A DNA stretch of 60,740 nt, filler included, from 4 parts of 4 records of this genome joined end to end with filler, not necessarily neighbours in it, one strand, 5' to 3'. Positions 40,475 to 52,425 are shown, counted from the first letter of the whole stretch. Notes: generated by a model not told the origin, from the letters alone. Numbers and translations are program-made.

Positions 40475-41669
40475 TCATTCCGTCGAGAATCCGCTTCACC
40501 TTAACCAAACACTCTTCATATTCTTTTTCAGGATCGGATTGATTCGTAATTGCGCCACCAACTGAGCAGGAGAGATTGAGGTTTGTTTTATTATAAATCA
40601 ACGTCCTAATGACAACGTTCAGGTCAAAATCTCCGTTGGGTTTGATATAGCCGATAGATCCTGAGTATAATCCTCGTTTAAAACTTTCGTGCTCTTCGAT
40701 CAAGTTCATCGCGCTAATTTTCGGAGCACCAGTCATTGAACCCATAGGAAATGAAGCCTTCAAAATATCTTTAAATTGAATATCCGGTTCAACTTCACAT
40801 GAAACTCTCGAAATCATTTGATGCACAGTTTCAAACGTATAAATTCCAAAAAGTTCCTCTACTTTAACAGAATTAGGAATAGCAACCCGCGATAAATCGT
40901 TTCGCACAAGATCCACAATCATAACATTTTCTGCCCGCTCTTTTGGATCGTTGAGTAATTGTTCTTTCAAGACCTCATCTTCTTCAGGTGTTTCTCCACG
41001 CTTCGAAGTGCCTTTGATTGGTTCAGAAACCAGTTTGTTTTCTTGTCGCAACAAATAACGCTCTGGACTTCCGCAGAAAATCATGAAATCGTCAATTGAA
41101 AAGAACGAAGAAAATGGAGCGCGCGTAAGCTGATTTAGTTTGAAGTATGAATCTAAAGGATATTTAATTTCCACATTTTCAGCAAAAAATTCTTGACAGA
41201 AATTCACTTCGTAAATGTTTCCTTGCTGAATTTCTTCTTTTAGTGCAACAACATGAGACAAGTACTCTTCCTTCGAAATTCGTGGCTTGAACTCATAGGG
41301 AAACGGATGGAAATTCTGATCGATTTCCTCTTCCATGAAATAATCGATAAAACTAATGCTCGTGCGATCGCTTTGTCCCTGAACAAAATGCAAGTGTTCT
41401 TTGTTAAGATCAACTAAGTATTTAGGAACCCATAAAATTCCCAAAGGAAATCCGATTCGATCGTCGTTGGAAGATTCGAGGTTTTCAATCGCATTCTTTA
41501 AGTCGTAAGACAAATTCATAAGGATGTAAGACCCTTTGTTTTCATCGACAAATTGTTGAATTTGAGATAAAGGATCTTCGTCCGTTAATTTTAGAAGTGC
41601 TCCTTCGCCAAATGCTAAGCGCGAAGTGCCGTCGTTACTATTGAAATACGCTACTGGAAAATCATACAT
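40467..41669 (-). CDS. pabB: Aminodeoxychorismate synthase component I
   Basis: PIKGT, ENVMIVDLVRNDL, FPMGSMTGAPK, GLYSGSIGY. Confidence 0.88.
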   Translation of the reverse strand: MYDFPVAYFNSNDGTSRLAFGEGALLKLTDEDPLSQIQQFVDENKGSYILMNLSYDLKNAIENLESSNDDRIGFPLGILWVPKYLVDLNKEHLHFVQGQSDRTSISFIDYFMEEEIDQNFHPFPYEFKPRISKEEYLSHVVALKEEIQQGNIYEVNFCQEFFAENVEIKYPLDSYFKLNQLTRAPFSSFFSIDDFMIFCGSPERYLLRQENKLVSEPIKGTSKRGETPEEDEVLKEQLLNDPKERAENVMIVDLVRNDLSRVAIPNSVKVEELFGIYTFETVHQMISRVSCEVEPDIQFKDILKASFPMGSMTGAPKISAMNLIEEHESFKRGLYSGSIGYIKPNGDFDLNVVIRTLIYNKTNLNLSCSVGGAITNQSDPEKEYEECLVKVKRILDGMNA

Positions 41670-41880
41670 ATCTACAAATGTAACGAGCTTTTTGAGATAT
41701 TCTTGCTGAAAATGGAATTCTTAAGGGCCTCATAAATAGATTCATTCTTTCCTAATGAGTGAGTGGCTCATTTTCTATAGGATTGATCCGAGAGGTGTAT
41801 CAAAGTAAGGAGCTATTAGCTTGTTGTTAGGCTTCAAAATGTTATATTACGGAAAAGTAAGAAGCCTAAACTTAATTATT

Positions 41881-43335
41881 ATGAGAAATTTAAAACGAGC
41901 AGCGTTTTTAACCTGCTTAACAATTGCGTCGACCAGTTATGGTCAAGATTGCAATAACAATCCTTCCACATTTACAAATTATGTTGTTACAGGACAATTT
42001 GCCATTATGGGTTCTGCAGATGATGAGTATAATGATGTAGTTATGTTGCATCAAGCGGGATCATATACATATATAGATGTGCTCAAAGGAGATGTCTTCG
42101 ATAATCGAGTCCTTGATAAAAATGTTAGTTCATTTGTATACGATCTTTCAAAGGTAAATGGAAGAATGGTATCTGGAGACTTCAATCGAGATGGTTGGAA
42201 CAATGATTTTGCTTTGATCTATGAAGTAAATTCATCGACGATGAGGATAGACGTTTTTGTAAGTAACAATTCGTCGAATCCAAGCTTTACAATGTCTACT
42301 TTTCTTACGCAAACAGGCTATAATGCAAGTAACGTAACTGGAAGAGTCGTTGCTGGTGATTTCGATCGTGATGGATACCGTGATGATATTGCAATGTTCT
42401 ATGATTACGGCAATGGTGAAACAAGAATTCATGTTTTTCAGTCTAATGGGTCGGCGTTCTCTTACAGTGGATATAATGGCTGGTGGAGTACTCAGGGTTA
42501 TACTGCTGGACAAATAACGGATCGTGTTATTTCTGGGGATTTTGATCAAGATGGAAAAACAGATGATATTGCTGCCTTTTACGATTATGGAGGAGGACAA
42601 ACTCGCATTCATGTATGGTTATCAAATGGCAGTTCTTTCACTTATCAAGGTGGAAATGGATGGTGGAGTTCTTACGGATATTCAGCAAGTCAAGTTACTG
42701 GTAGAGTTGTAGCCGTGAACATCGATCGGAGTTCAAAGATATTTGATGACATAGCGGTATTTTATGATTATGGCGGAGGCTTAACGAAAATGCACGTTTT
42801 TGAATCCACAGGTAGTGGTTTCAATTATTCAGGAGGAAACGGTTGGTGGAGCGCTACTGGCTACAGCGCTTCTCAAATAACAGGGAAAGTAGCGACAATT
42901 GATACGCGTGCTGGAGCTGATGGAGGAAAAATTGGTGATATCATAGCGTTCTATGACTATGGCTCAACTACAACAAAATACCATATTTGGAGATCATTCA
43001 ACCCTCTTTTTTCGGGACCATACGTAACATATTCTCATCATAATTATTGCGGTAAGAGTTTAGATTCCGCCGTTGAAGAACCATTAGAAACAACGGTGAA
43101 CGTCCAAGAGTTAAGCGCATATCCTAATCCGACAGAAGGGATTGTTTACATCAAATCTGGCAGTAATGACGACGTTATTCACGTAACAGCATTTAACATA
43201 ATAGGTGAAAAAGTAGCTGAAAGCTCAGTATCATCAGGAAGTTCGTTTGACCTTTCAGAACAGGTTAGTGGAATTTATATACTCAAAGCTGAGATAAACG
43301 GAGTTGTTTCAACTTTTAGAGTGACCAAGAAATAA
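41881..43335 (+). CDS. T9SS cargo protein with ~6 FG-GAP-like 60-aa repeats
   Basis: Repeats GDFDxDG..DDIAxFYDYG.G.TRIHV; C-terminal YPNPT...SGIYILK sorting domain. Confidence 0.85.
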   Translation: MRNLKRAAFLTCLTIASTSYGQDCNNNPSTFTNYVVTGQFAIMGSADDEYNDVVMLHQAGSYTYIDVLKGDVFDNRVLDKNVSSFVYDLSKVNGRMVSGDFNRDGWNNDFALIYEVNSSTMRIDVFVSNNSSNPSFTMSTFLTQTGYNASNVTGRVVAGDFDRDGYRDDIAMFYDYGNGETRIHVFQSNGSAFSYSGYNGWWSTQGYTAGQITDRVISGDFDQDGKTDDIAAFYDYGGGQTRIHVWLSNGSSFTYQGGNGWWSSYGYSASQVTGRVVAVNIDRSSKIFDDIAVFYDYGGGLTKMHVFESTGSGFNYSGGNGWWSATGYSASQITGKVATIDTRAGADGGKIGDIIAFYDYGSTTTKYHIWRSFNPLFSGPYVTYSHHNYCGKSLDSAVEEPLETTVNVQELSAYPNPTEGIVYIKSGSNDDVIHVTAFNIIGEKVAESSVSSGSSFDLSEQVSGIYILKAEINGVVSTFRVTKK

Positions 43336-43514
43336 ACAATAATTTGCTTCTTACTGTGCAGGGCTATTCTTTTGAATGGTCCTGCTTTTATGTTATGGAT
43401 TTTGTATTTTTCAATTGAGTTTGTCTTCTTTTGCGTTTTCCACAACTACTAAAGTTTGGCTTGCGTACTTTCCTAACTTGATAGCGCGAGGAAGTTCTTA
43501 TCTTGGTCCTCGTT

Positions 43515-44849
43515 ATGCTATATCGTTTTCTAAAAATAATTTTGGGTATTGGAATTCGCCTCTACTACAGAGAAGTTCGAATCAAAGATAAAGAGCGTCT
43601 TTCTCAAAAGGGCGCGAAAATAATTATTGCCAATCACCCAAACACCTTAATGGATGCATGGATTATTGGCCAGCTCTGTAAAGAACCTATTTACTTTCTA
43701 ACAAAGGGAACTTTTTTCAATTCTAAGTGGAAAACAAAGCTCCTGATGAGTTTAGGAATGATTCCTATAAATCGCGCAACAGATGGAAAAACGAGTGGAG
43801 TTTCTAATATGTCTTCGTTTGAACAATGCTATCAAGTCCTCGAGCAAGGTAAAACATTAGTGGTTTTTCCAGAAGGAAATAGTTTTTTGGAACGACAACT
43901 GAGAGAATTGAAATCAGGAACGGCTAGAATTGCGCTTGAATTGTTGATGCGAGGTAAACTAAAAGATGTAACGATAATTCCCGTTGGATTAATTTACACC
44001 AAAGGAGAAAAATTTAGAAGCTCTGTACTTGGTTTTGTTGGTGAAAACATCGACCCAAAACCATTCCTAGAAGAATACAAGACCGATTCAATTAAAGCGT
44101 CCAAGAAACTCACGGAGGTTTTTAGAAGTTCGTTAGAGAAAATGCTGATTCATTCGGCTTCCATCGAACAGGAGCAATTGGTAGATCAAATAGTGGAAGT
44201 ACTCGCAATAGACATCACAGGAGCCGCAGGGAAGAAGTTAGAGGAAAACATAGATTCGGTTAAACATGCTCACGACTCGTTGAATCACATGTATGCGCAT
44301 GAGCCGTGGAAAATCGTGCGCGTTGAAAATCTTGTCCGAAGCATCCGTTGGAGGTTAAATCAATTGGAAATAGATCCTGAATTATTTGATCAAAAGAAAA
44401 AACCAGCGCGGTTTCTCATTCAACTCTTGGAATCACTATTGATCATGCTTTTTGGTTTTCCCTTATTTTTCTTCGGAGCAATTCACAATATTCTACAATT
44501 TCAATTTACAAGTCTACTCATGCCTAAATTGGTACGCGATATTGAGTACTACGCGCCTATTGCAATTTTAATCGGCATCATCATTTATCCATTAACCTAT
44601 GCTGGATTTCTGTATTTGGGTGCTTACTTTTTTGATATTCATGGATGGTGGAAAATAGCCTATTTGATCGCTATGCCACTTTCAGGATTGTTCGCTTTTT
44701 ACTTCATAAGAGAAGTACAGAACATCGCTTTTCACTGGAATTATAGGGCAATATCTCGCTCGGAAAAGGACAAAATCCAGTTATTAGCGTCAGATATTAA
44801 AGAACTAAAATCACTCATTTTTGAAGTCATTTCGACCAATGGCAAATAA
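43515..44849 (+). CDS. Membrane glycerophospholipid acyltransferase (PlsC-like)
   Basis: NHPNTLMD (HX4D), FPEG, C-terminal TM helices. Confidence 0.88.
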   Translation: MLYRFLKIILGIGIRLYYREVRIKDKERLSQKGAKIIIANHPNTLMDAWIIGQLCKEPIYFLTKGTFFNSKWKTKLLMSLGMIPINRATDGKTSGVSNMSSFEQCYQVLEQGKTLVVFPEGNSFLERQLRELKSGTARIALELLMRGKLKDVTIIPVGLIYTKGEKFRSSVLGFVGENIDPKPFLEEYKTDSIKASKKLTEVFRSSLEKMLIHSASIEQEQLVDQIVEVLAIDITGAAGKKLEENIDSVKHAHDSLNHMYAHEPWKIVRVENLVRSIRWRLNQLEIDPELFDQKKKPARFLIQLLESLLIMLFGFPLFFFGAIHNILQFQFTSLLMPKLVRDIEYYAPIAILIGIIIYPLTYAGFLYLGAYFFDIHGWWKIAYLIAMPLSGLFAFYFIREVQNIAFHWNYRAISRSEKDKIQLLASDIKELKSLIFEVISTNGK

Positions 44850-45094
44850 TCGTAGATGAAAATAATAACCCATTTCTTGGGTTTATTCATTCTTCGCCTA
44901 TTTATATTCGATGGTAGCTTATTTAGCTGTGCGCGCATACTACCTAATTTCTTAGATTGAAGTCAGATTCCTTTGGTTAAAGACATTTATTTTGTCGTTA
45001 AACGAGTTTTTTTGCAGCTAAATTCTCGAAAGTCGCATTTTTTTTTATTCCAATCTAATTGGTTTAAATTGTCTTCAACCCCAAAACAAAGGCT

Positions 45095-46618
45095 ATGAAA
45101 ACTTCTACACTATTGGCTGTAGTTGGCTGCTTTGTTTCATTTGCAGCTTTTACTCAGCACGACCACCACGCTATTGAAAGTTTATTCATTGAAAAAGGCC
45201 TGTATGATTTTGAAGTCCAACTAGGAATCACTAACCAAGATTACCTAAACGGACCCAAGATCGAATTTATTGATCAACAGTATCAAAATTTTCAAGATTC
45301 AATCGATATTCGACTAGATCAGGGAGAAGAGATTACTGAAGCTCAATTTGCAACTGAGTATGCTAACCTTATCGCAAGCGTTCAACAGAGCCTTTCGGTA
45401 TTTCAACCAGTTGCGCCCGTACCTAGTTCACCAAGAGCACCAGACGGACCATGTGAGAACATGGACTTTGAGCAAGGTGATGTGAGTGGCTGGACATTAA
45501 GTCGAGGAGACGTTAATGGATCCGCACCTTACAGCTATGTAAACGAAATTCCTGCAGTTGCAGGTGCCTATCACCAAATTTTAGGTGGAGGAAATGATCC
45601 CGTAACTGGTATCCCATGCGTCAACCCCTTGAATGGAAATTTTTCTGTTCGACTGGGGAACGGAACGGGAACAGGAGCGAGAGCGGCTAGGATGACTCAA
45701 ACATTCTTAGTCGACAACACGAACTTTATGTTCACCTATAGTTATGCGGTAATCTTTCAATCTCCTGGAGGACACACCCTAAATCAGTTACCGTATTTTA
45801 CGGTGCGTGTTACAGATGCCAATGGTGTAAATGTACCTTGTGGAGAATATTCTGTTATTGCAGATGGTGCAAATGCACAGAATTATCAAACAACCAATTG
45901 GGGAGGAGATGTAGTTCTTTTCCAAGACTGGCAAACGGTTTTCACAAATCTAAGTGCCTTCATTGGGCAAAATGTTACGATTGAGTTTACCGCAGGTGAT
46001 TGTTCGCTCACAGGACACTTTGGATATGCCTATATCGACGCATCCTGTAGTATGCAAGAAGTTATTGCGACTCAGAATACTATTTGTTCTGGAGATCCAA
46101 CAACTTTAATCGCCCCACCAGGAGCGGCAAGTTACCTTTGGAGCAACGGTGCAACTACTCAGTCAATTACAGTTACGGCGGGAGGAACGTATACTTGTAC
46201 ACTAACACCATTTCAAGGCGGAGGCTGCTCGATAGATTTAGACATAACGATTATTGAATATCCTGAACCTATCGCGAATTTCATTAGTAACACAAATGTT
46301 ATTTGTCCAGGTGATGCGATTACGTTTACTGATCAATCGACCATTCCACCACCCGGTGTTATCTCGACATATCAATGGAATTTTGGAGACGGTATTATTA
46401 CTCCCCCGTCTTCTGGCACTATCACCGGAGTTCAAAATACTTCGGGAACATATTTACAACCCTCGCATATTTACGCTGCAGGTGGAACTTACACAGTTGA
46501 GTTAACAGTAGCAACCGCAGATGGTTGTACTGACACCTACACTTCTGTAATAACTGTTAATCCACTGCCAGTAGTTGTTGCTGGACCTGATCAAACAGTG
46601 TGTGACGGTGGTTTGGTA
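45095..46618 (+). CDS. Large secreted PKD-domain / gliding-motility-associated surface protein, 3'-truncated
   Basis: Signal peptide; YLWSNGATTQSITV; WNFGDG PKD motif; runs into the linker. Confidence 0.8.
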
Positions 46619-46718
46619 NNNNNNNNNNNNNNNNNNNNNNNNNNNNNNNNNNNNNNNNNNNNTTAATTAATTAANNNNNNNNNNNNNNNNNNNNNNNNNN
46701 NNNNNNNNNNNNNNNNNN
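46619..46718. other. Artificial contig linker
   Basis: N44-TTAATTAATTAA-N44. Confidence 0.98.
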
Positions 46719-46719
46719 G

Positions 46720-46887
46720 GCTGAGGAGGCCGCGCCTGTAGAGGAAGGCGAGGAGAAGAAGAAGAAGAAGAAGAAGAAGAACGATTATCGCGAGGAAGGC
46801 GAGAAAATGACTCAGTATGGAGTGAAACAATCGCGCCTTGAAACCTATAAGAATGCGACCGGCGCAGGGAAGAAAAACAAGAAGTAA
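46720..46887 (+). CDS. 3' end of a Lys/Glu-rich eukaryotic protein (partial)
   Basis: Open frame AEEAAPVEEGEEKKKKKKKKNDYREEGEKMTQYGVKQSRLETYKNATGAGKKNKK*; not in the ORF track. Confidence 0.55.
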   Translation, partial: AEEAAPVEEGEEKKKKKKKKNDYREEGEKMTQYGVKQSRLETYKNATGAGKKNKK

Positions 46888-47090
46888 ACCCGTCATGACA
46901 TCTGTACATCCTTGTGTGTTTCAGTTTCATTCTAGGAGTGCAACCCGAAAAATCAAACGGCGGTTCCACCATCATGGCGTCCAGGCCTGATCACAAGGCC
47001 TGCGGGCATCTCGCCAGAGCAATGACACGGGCGGCCCCGTCTCCCACGATCACCCACACAAGACAGGCACCTCAACCAAGCCGTGGTCCA

Positions 47091-48555
47091 TCATCGCCGG
47101 CGATACTCGCTGTTGACAAGCTTCGTGACGCGGTGCCACTCATCGCACGATTTCAGCTTGTAGCCCTTCGCCTGCAGTCCGAACATAACGTAAGTTCAGG
47201 CACAAAAAATTGGGTCAAAAAATATATTCCCACCTTCTTCATCAGGATACCGTGCTGCTCAGTTCCTTTCTTATACCTGTTTGCATTCTGTTCCAGGTAT
47301 TCCTTCTCTTTCCGTTCTCGGTGGCATTTCACTTCCATGTCTTTCCGGTAGGTTCGCAAAACCTGCCGCTCGAGATCCTCCCAGCCCCCGCTATAGTCGA
47401 CCCCTGCCTTCAAGTAGTATGGTACCTTAGCCAGTTTCGTTGTTCTTGGAATAGGGAACTCTCGCGTCCTCTCTAGTGCGAACACGGGTTCGTTTCCACC
47501 AGAGGTGAATATGAAACTGGGAAGACATGCTTGTTAGACCACACCACTCACCATAAGCATAGCGAGAAAAAGCTACCCACCTGGAGAAGAGGAACAAAAA
47601 CTGGAGAAGAAGAATAAGAGGGAGAACATTTCCAAAGAGGCTTTCGCTTTGCTGCTGGCCCTCTTGCCGCGGCCCTTGTTGACGCCGCCGAGGCATCTGA
47701 TGAGTCCTCACGTTGAAAGCCCCAAACGGCCCATTGTAGCGGTGAACATTCGCTACAAAAGGGAGAAGATGAGAATCAGGGAAGAATCAACTGGCAACTC
47801 CTTTCACCTACCCCCAAAGAACTCACGGAAGAACATTTCTTCCGGTGACATTCCCTGCCATGGGTCACCATTGTATCCTCCCTGGCGTGATCTCGCCCGT
47901 GAACGCATATTCTCTGCATATGCAGCTGCTGCGCCGTCCTCATGGCCATGGGTATCGTAGTCATGACGCTTCTGCTCGTCACTAAGGCACTGGAAGGCGC
48001 GCGTAACACCTGAAACATCGTCAGTCCGGCTCAACGATTGACGAGGGACGACATACTCTTGAAAGCATCTTCCGCACCAGGTGCAGTGCACTTGTCGGGG
48101 TGAACCTGGAGGGCAAGCTAGAAAGGTCGAAAATCAATATCTCGCCACATCTGCTTTGACCAGCAGCATACCTTTCTATACGCTTTCTTGATTTCGCTGT
48201 CGTCAGCAGACTTGTCCACACCAAGCGTCTCGTAGTAGTTCTTGGCCGCCTTAATTTTGCGAACTAGCGCAACCTGTACAGGGTTGTGGTTCTCCTCCCT
48301 CTTGGGCGGAGCATGCGGCTGTTCTGACGCCCTCCGCGGGGCAGGCTTGCCTTCAGCCGACGCCGAAGGAGCCGCGGTAGCCTTGCCGCCCTTCATTTGA
48401 TTCTGAACGGCTTTAATTCTTGCCGCCAAATCAGGGGTGGAGTGGATTCTATTGGCTTTTTCATAAAAATACAGTGCCTTTTCCAGGTTTCCCGCCGCAC
48501 GATACTGCTCGGCCTTCTGAACGCACTGTTGCGAAACAGCCCTATCGTCCTCCAT
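47091..48555 (-). CDS. DnaJ protein, DNAJB12/14-like (multi-exon)
   Basis: N-terminal EKALYFYEKANR; spliced J-domain YYETLGV...KKAYRK|LALQVHPDK; PEEMFFREFFG; single TM; last exon AKGYKLKSCDEW...RRR*. Confidence 0.88.
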
Positions 48556-49832
48556 GTTGGCTTGCATACCTTTCACGAACCAAGGTGCAATATAAGTGTG
48601 ATCATAGCCGGTTTAGAGGTGATCAAAGCACAAGTAACATGGTGGCCGGCTTGGAGGGACTAGCCGCCCCCCGCGAGTTGCTTAAGGGTGGACGTGTGCA
48701 CGAACCGGCAGGCCTTGGCATGGTTCGCCCCCAAGTCAGGGCAACTTGGCAAAGCCACTTTCCAATCCGATGGCGCGCTCCGGGCCGAACGAGACTGATG
48801 ACGCCGCGCCAGGGCTCAAGCCGCCGCTTGCCGGCGGGATCAATCATCAGTGGCCGCGTGCCGCCGGCCGCTTGTCGGGACTTCGGGACGCCCGGCCGGT
48901 CCAGGCGCCCGGATGCGGCTGCCGCACCGGCGTGACGCGCTGCCCCCGGCCCGGGCTAGCCGCGTGGCGCGGCTGGGCCTGCACCCCTACCGCCGGTTGT
49001 CGGCGAGGATTAGTCGATCGACATTGCTACTCGGGGATGGCTCATCTATTCATATGTTTTATCGTAATTTGCATGTACCCTAATATGCCCTAATTGGTTC
49101 AGGATGAGACCTAAGGGCACGTGTAAACACGTGACTCGGGACGCAGATCATTCCCGGATCGGCGGCAGCGCGCCGCCCGCACCGACGGTTCCCGCCCGGC
49201 CTCCCGGCCTCATAAGTTGCAGCCGGGGCACCGGCGAAGTTCATGAGTTAGTTAGCCAGAGGACGGTCGGTTCGGAACCCCCGCGGGCAGCGGCGACCGG
49301 TGGCCCCGAAGGAGGCCAACTCATCAGATGAGTTGCACGGGGTTGGGGCCTGCCGCACTCCTAGGAGCGCCGGACCGGGGAGGCGGCCGCGCGGGCCCGC
49401 CGCGACCGAGTCGGAGCGGCCGTGGGAGCCGGCTGCCAGGCCGGCAGTGAGGCGCTCGCCTGCTGCTCACCAGTTACCGGTACGGCTCGCGTTTGGGAGG
49501 ACTCATCGCCTCAGCCGGCGGTGCCGCTCACAAACGGTTCTCTTCAAGCCCCGGCTGGGGCCGGCCGGCCGCGCCGGCTCCGTCTCAAGAAACAAGCCCG
49601 CGCGGGTCAGCTACAGGCTACACTGATGCTGATCATGACGACACCATACATTCTTGTCTCCAGCCTCAAAGCCCCACCAATGAGTCACACATTGCCGAGA
49701 GTTCATGGAGTCGTCCTCTTGCATCTGCCAAAACGGGCACGTTGCCGCTGCTCCGACAAATTTCGCACCGATGTGAACTGACATAAGTGGTAGTGGACGC
49801 TTCCGAACTGGGGTTTGGGAGCCTTCTCTCTA

Positions 49833-51573
49833 ATGCTTCAGCTTTTTGCTCGAGCGGTAGCAGGGCACAGCCGGGTGAGACCTCAGTTTTTCTGCGCCAC
49901 GCACGTGAGACCGCTTGCCAAGATATCTAGCCCCAGTCCAGGAACGCTTGAGAGGGATAGGATAGCTTTAAGGTCGCTGGTGGATTCGTCTCTTCGGAAG
50001 AGCTTGGGGGGGTTCCAGCAGGAACTAGCAGGACTTGATAATATGTGGAAGCGAAAGCATACGCGGTTTGATGACGAGTATCTGACCTTGGGTGAAGAAG
50101 TTGAGAGGTCCGTGAAACCACGTAAGGGTGGTAAGGGATCAACAGGTGCGGTGGCAGAGGTGCCTCCTGTTGGAGCTGTACGAAATTCTGAGGAGGATGT
50201 ATATGATGATGAGCAGCTGGAGGACCGCCTTGCCAGCCAGTCCAGAACCTGGAAGGAGGTGGGCTTTGCTTCAAGTCTTTGTGATATTACGACTTACTTG
50301 GAGGGTGCAGGCTGTGGATATGGAAGCTGCAAGATTTAACAGCAAGGGCGGTCGACCCAAGCTTGAAGTCTTTTCACAGGACTATCCCGCAACAGTTATT
50401 CAAATGGAAAAGGTAACGAAAGAGTATCGATTGTTTCCTTCGAGTCCTGAGTGTTCTGCAGGAGGAGATCAATACGCTGCCTCATCATAGCTTTTCTGGC
50501 CAAATTGTGGAGGTGTCCACAGCAGCTCAAGTACCTGCTGCAATGCGACTTCTGGGCAGGGAGAAAGTGATCGGCTTCGACACAGAGACCCGGCCTGTTT
50601 TCTCCAAGGGACACCCCCAGCGCCCTATCTGCTTATTACAGATGGCGACAGCGTCGCATTGTGTGCTCTTTCGCGTGAACAAGCTAAAGCGGATTCCGAA
50701 AGCACTTCAGCTCCTGCTGGAAGATCCGTCCGTGACAAAGGTCGCGCACAGCTCGGTTGCGGAAATTCGGGAGATGTCTCGGCAGTACAACATTCAGTGC
50801 AGAAACTTTGTGGATATTTTTGAGATGGGAAAGGATATGGGGGCTCGGCCGCTGAACTTGCGTGCATTGTGTGGTCTGTTTTTGGGATATCGCATCTCGA
50901 AGGATTGTCAGGTCAGCAACTGGGAAAGGGACGTGTTGGAGCCGCGGCAGCAGGTGTATGCGGCAACTGATGCTTGGGTATCACGCGAGGTAAGCCCTAA
51001 CTAACTCGGAGGGGTGGTTGGATATTAAGTTGTGCTCAGGTGTTCTTTGCAATGTTGCGGCATTTGAGCCGGAAGAAGTATCAGCAGTACAGCATGAGCG
51101 AGATTACCACCAGCGATGAAGAGACTGTTGCGGACGCCGCGGTCCAAACCGACTCAATGCGACCAGCGGAGGGTGGTGACACGAAGGCCATGATGGACCA
51201 TGCGGTGATGTGTACGTGATGTTGCTGGAAGGGAGGAGCTTGCCTTATGCTGACTGCGATCTCGTTCTAGTGCAACAACTCAAGAAGCAGCCCAAGTTTC
51301 TGTATCAACCGGGCTGTGCTCTATGGATGTACTGCAGTCTGACGGGGACTGGGGGCCCTGTGTATGAGGTGTCTGGGACTAGTGCGGATGCCGTGGCCAA
51401 ACTTTACGTGCCTATCTTGGAGAAAACGTTTGAAGCATCAGGTTGCAAGGTGAGAGTTCTGTGCTCCTTGGGTGTGGTGGGCTAATGGGATTGGGCAGTC
51501 CATCAGAGCAGCAAAGACGCATGCGGCGTCCCTTGCCATTGGAGAGATCTTGCATCAGGCCGGGCTGGAGTGA
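49833..51573 (+). CDS. DEDDy 3'-5' exonuclease (WRN/EXD2-like) with C-terminal dsRBD-like domain (multi-exon)
   Basis: ExoI IGFDTETRP, SNWE, ExoIII YAATDAW. Introns e.g. 50259-50310, 50990-51039, 51450-51498. Arg-rich, acid-free N-terminus. Confidence 0.82.
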
Positions 51574-51751
51574 GACCGTGGATTTGGAAAAATGGAGTCT
51601 GGGTTGGAGTCTGGAACCTATCTATCCTTACGCCGAAACTGTTATCGTGATTCGGTGCCGCGGTGTGACCACTTTCTGGGAATACCTGCTGGCCTGACGG
51701 TGATGTAGACCACATACTCTCCTCTAGAAAAAGTACATCACACCTCACACG

Positions 51752-51779
51752 AAAAAAAAAAAAAAAAAAAAAAAAAAAA
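51752..51779. repeat. Poly(A) tract at contig end
   Basis: Uninterrupted A run into the linker. Confidence 0.9.
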
Positions 51780-51879
51780 NNNNNNNNNNNNNNNNNNNNN
51801 NNNNNNNNNNNNNNNNNNNNNNNTTAATTAATTAANNNNNNNNNNNNNNNNNNNNNNNNNNNNNNNNNNNNNNNNNNNN
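51780..51879. other. Artificial contig linker
   Basis: N44-TTAATTAATTAA-N44. Confidence 0.98.
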
Positions 51880-52344
51880 CCCGAAGACGAACCTGATCAC
51901 TACGAGTTCATGTCTAAACTCACCCCGGAAGACATTCACTTTCGGTTCTTTGGCTCTGTACGGGAGTTACCGCATTCCGAAATGGCGCGCCAAACTCAGC
52001 TTGACTATGACCGCGACATGGCCTTCCTCGCGATTGTGCCAAATGGACCGGAAGAAGGCCAAATTCACGGCATGGTGCAGGTTGTCATCGACCCCAATAA
52101 CGAACATGCAGAATATGCCATCATGGTGCGCTCCGACATCAAGGGACGTGGTCTTGGTCGGGTTCTGATGGAACAGATGATCGACTATTGTCGCAAAAAA
52201 GGTACTGAAACCTTTATTGGTCAGGTCCTGCCGAACAATCGACGTATGCTGACCCTTTGCGAAAAACTTGGCTTTAGCCGCAAGTTCATTCCCGACGAAG
52301 ACGTCTTTGAAGTGACCTTGCCACTTCAACGTGATCCGCATTGA
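51880..52344 (+). CDS. GNAT acetyltransferase domain, 5'-truncated (likely C-terminus of a Pat-type acyl-CoA ligase/GNAT fusion)
   Basis: RFFG..RELPH, LDYDRDMAF, AEYAIMVRSDIKGRGLG, NRRMLTLCEKLGF. Confidence 0.85.
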   Translation, partial: PEDEPDHYEFMSKLTPEDIHFRFFGSVRELPHSEMARQTQLDYDRDMAFLAIVPNGPEEGQIHGMVQVVIDPNNEHAEYAIMVRSDIKGRGLGRVLMEQMIDYCRKKGTETFIGQVLPNNRRMLTLCEKLGFSRKFIPDEDVFEVTLPLQRDPH

Positions 52345-52367
52345 TAGCGCACATTGCCCGATATGCG

Positions 52368-52398
52368 AAAAAGCCCGGCGCAATGCCGGGCCATTTCT
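52368..52398. terminator. Hairpin terminator between convergent genes
   Basis: AAAAAGCCCGGC-GCAAT-GCCGGGCCATTT. Confidence 0.75.
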
Positions 52399-52425
52399 TG
52401 GCATCAGGTTTTGTTGCCTACGCGA

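Noticed and set aside
51752-51779. mRNA poly(A) tail or retrocopy
   Set aside because: The upstream gene retains introns; more simply a homopolymer at which the assembly broke.
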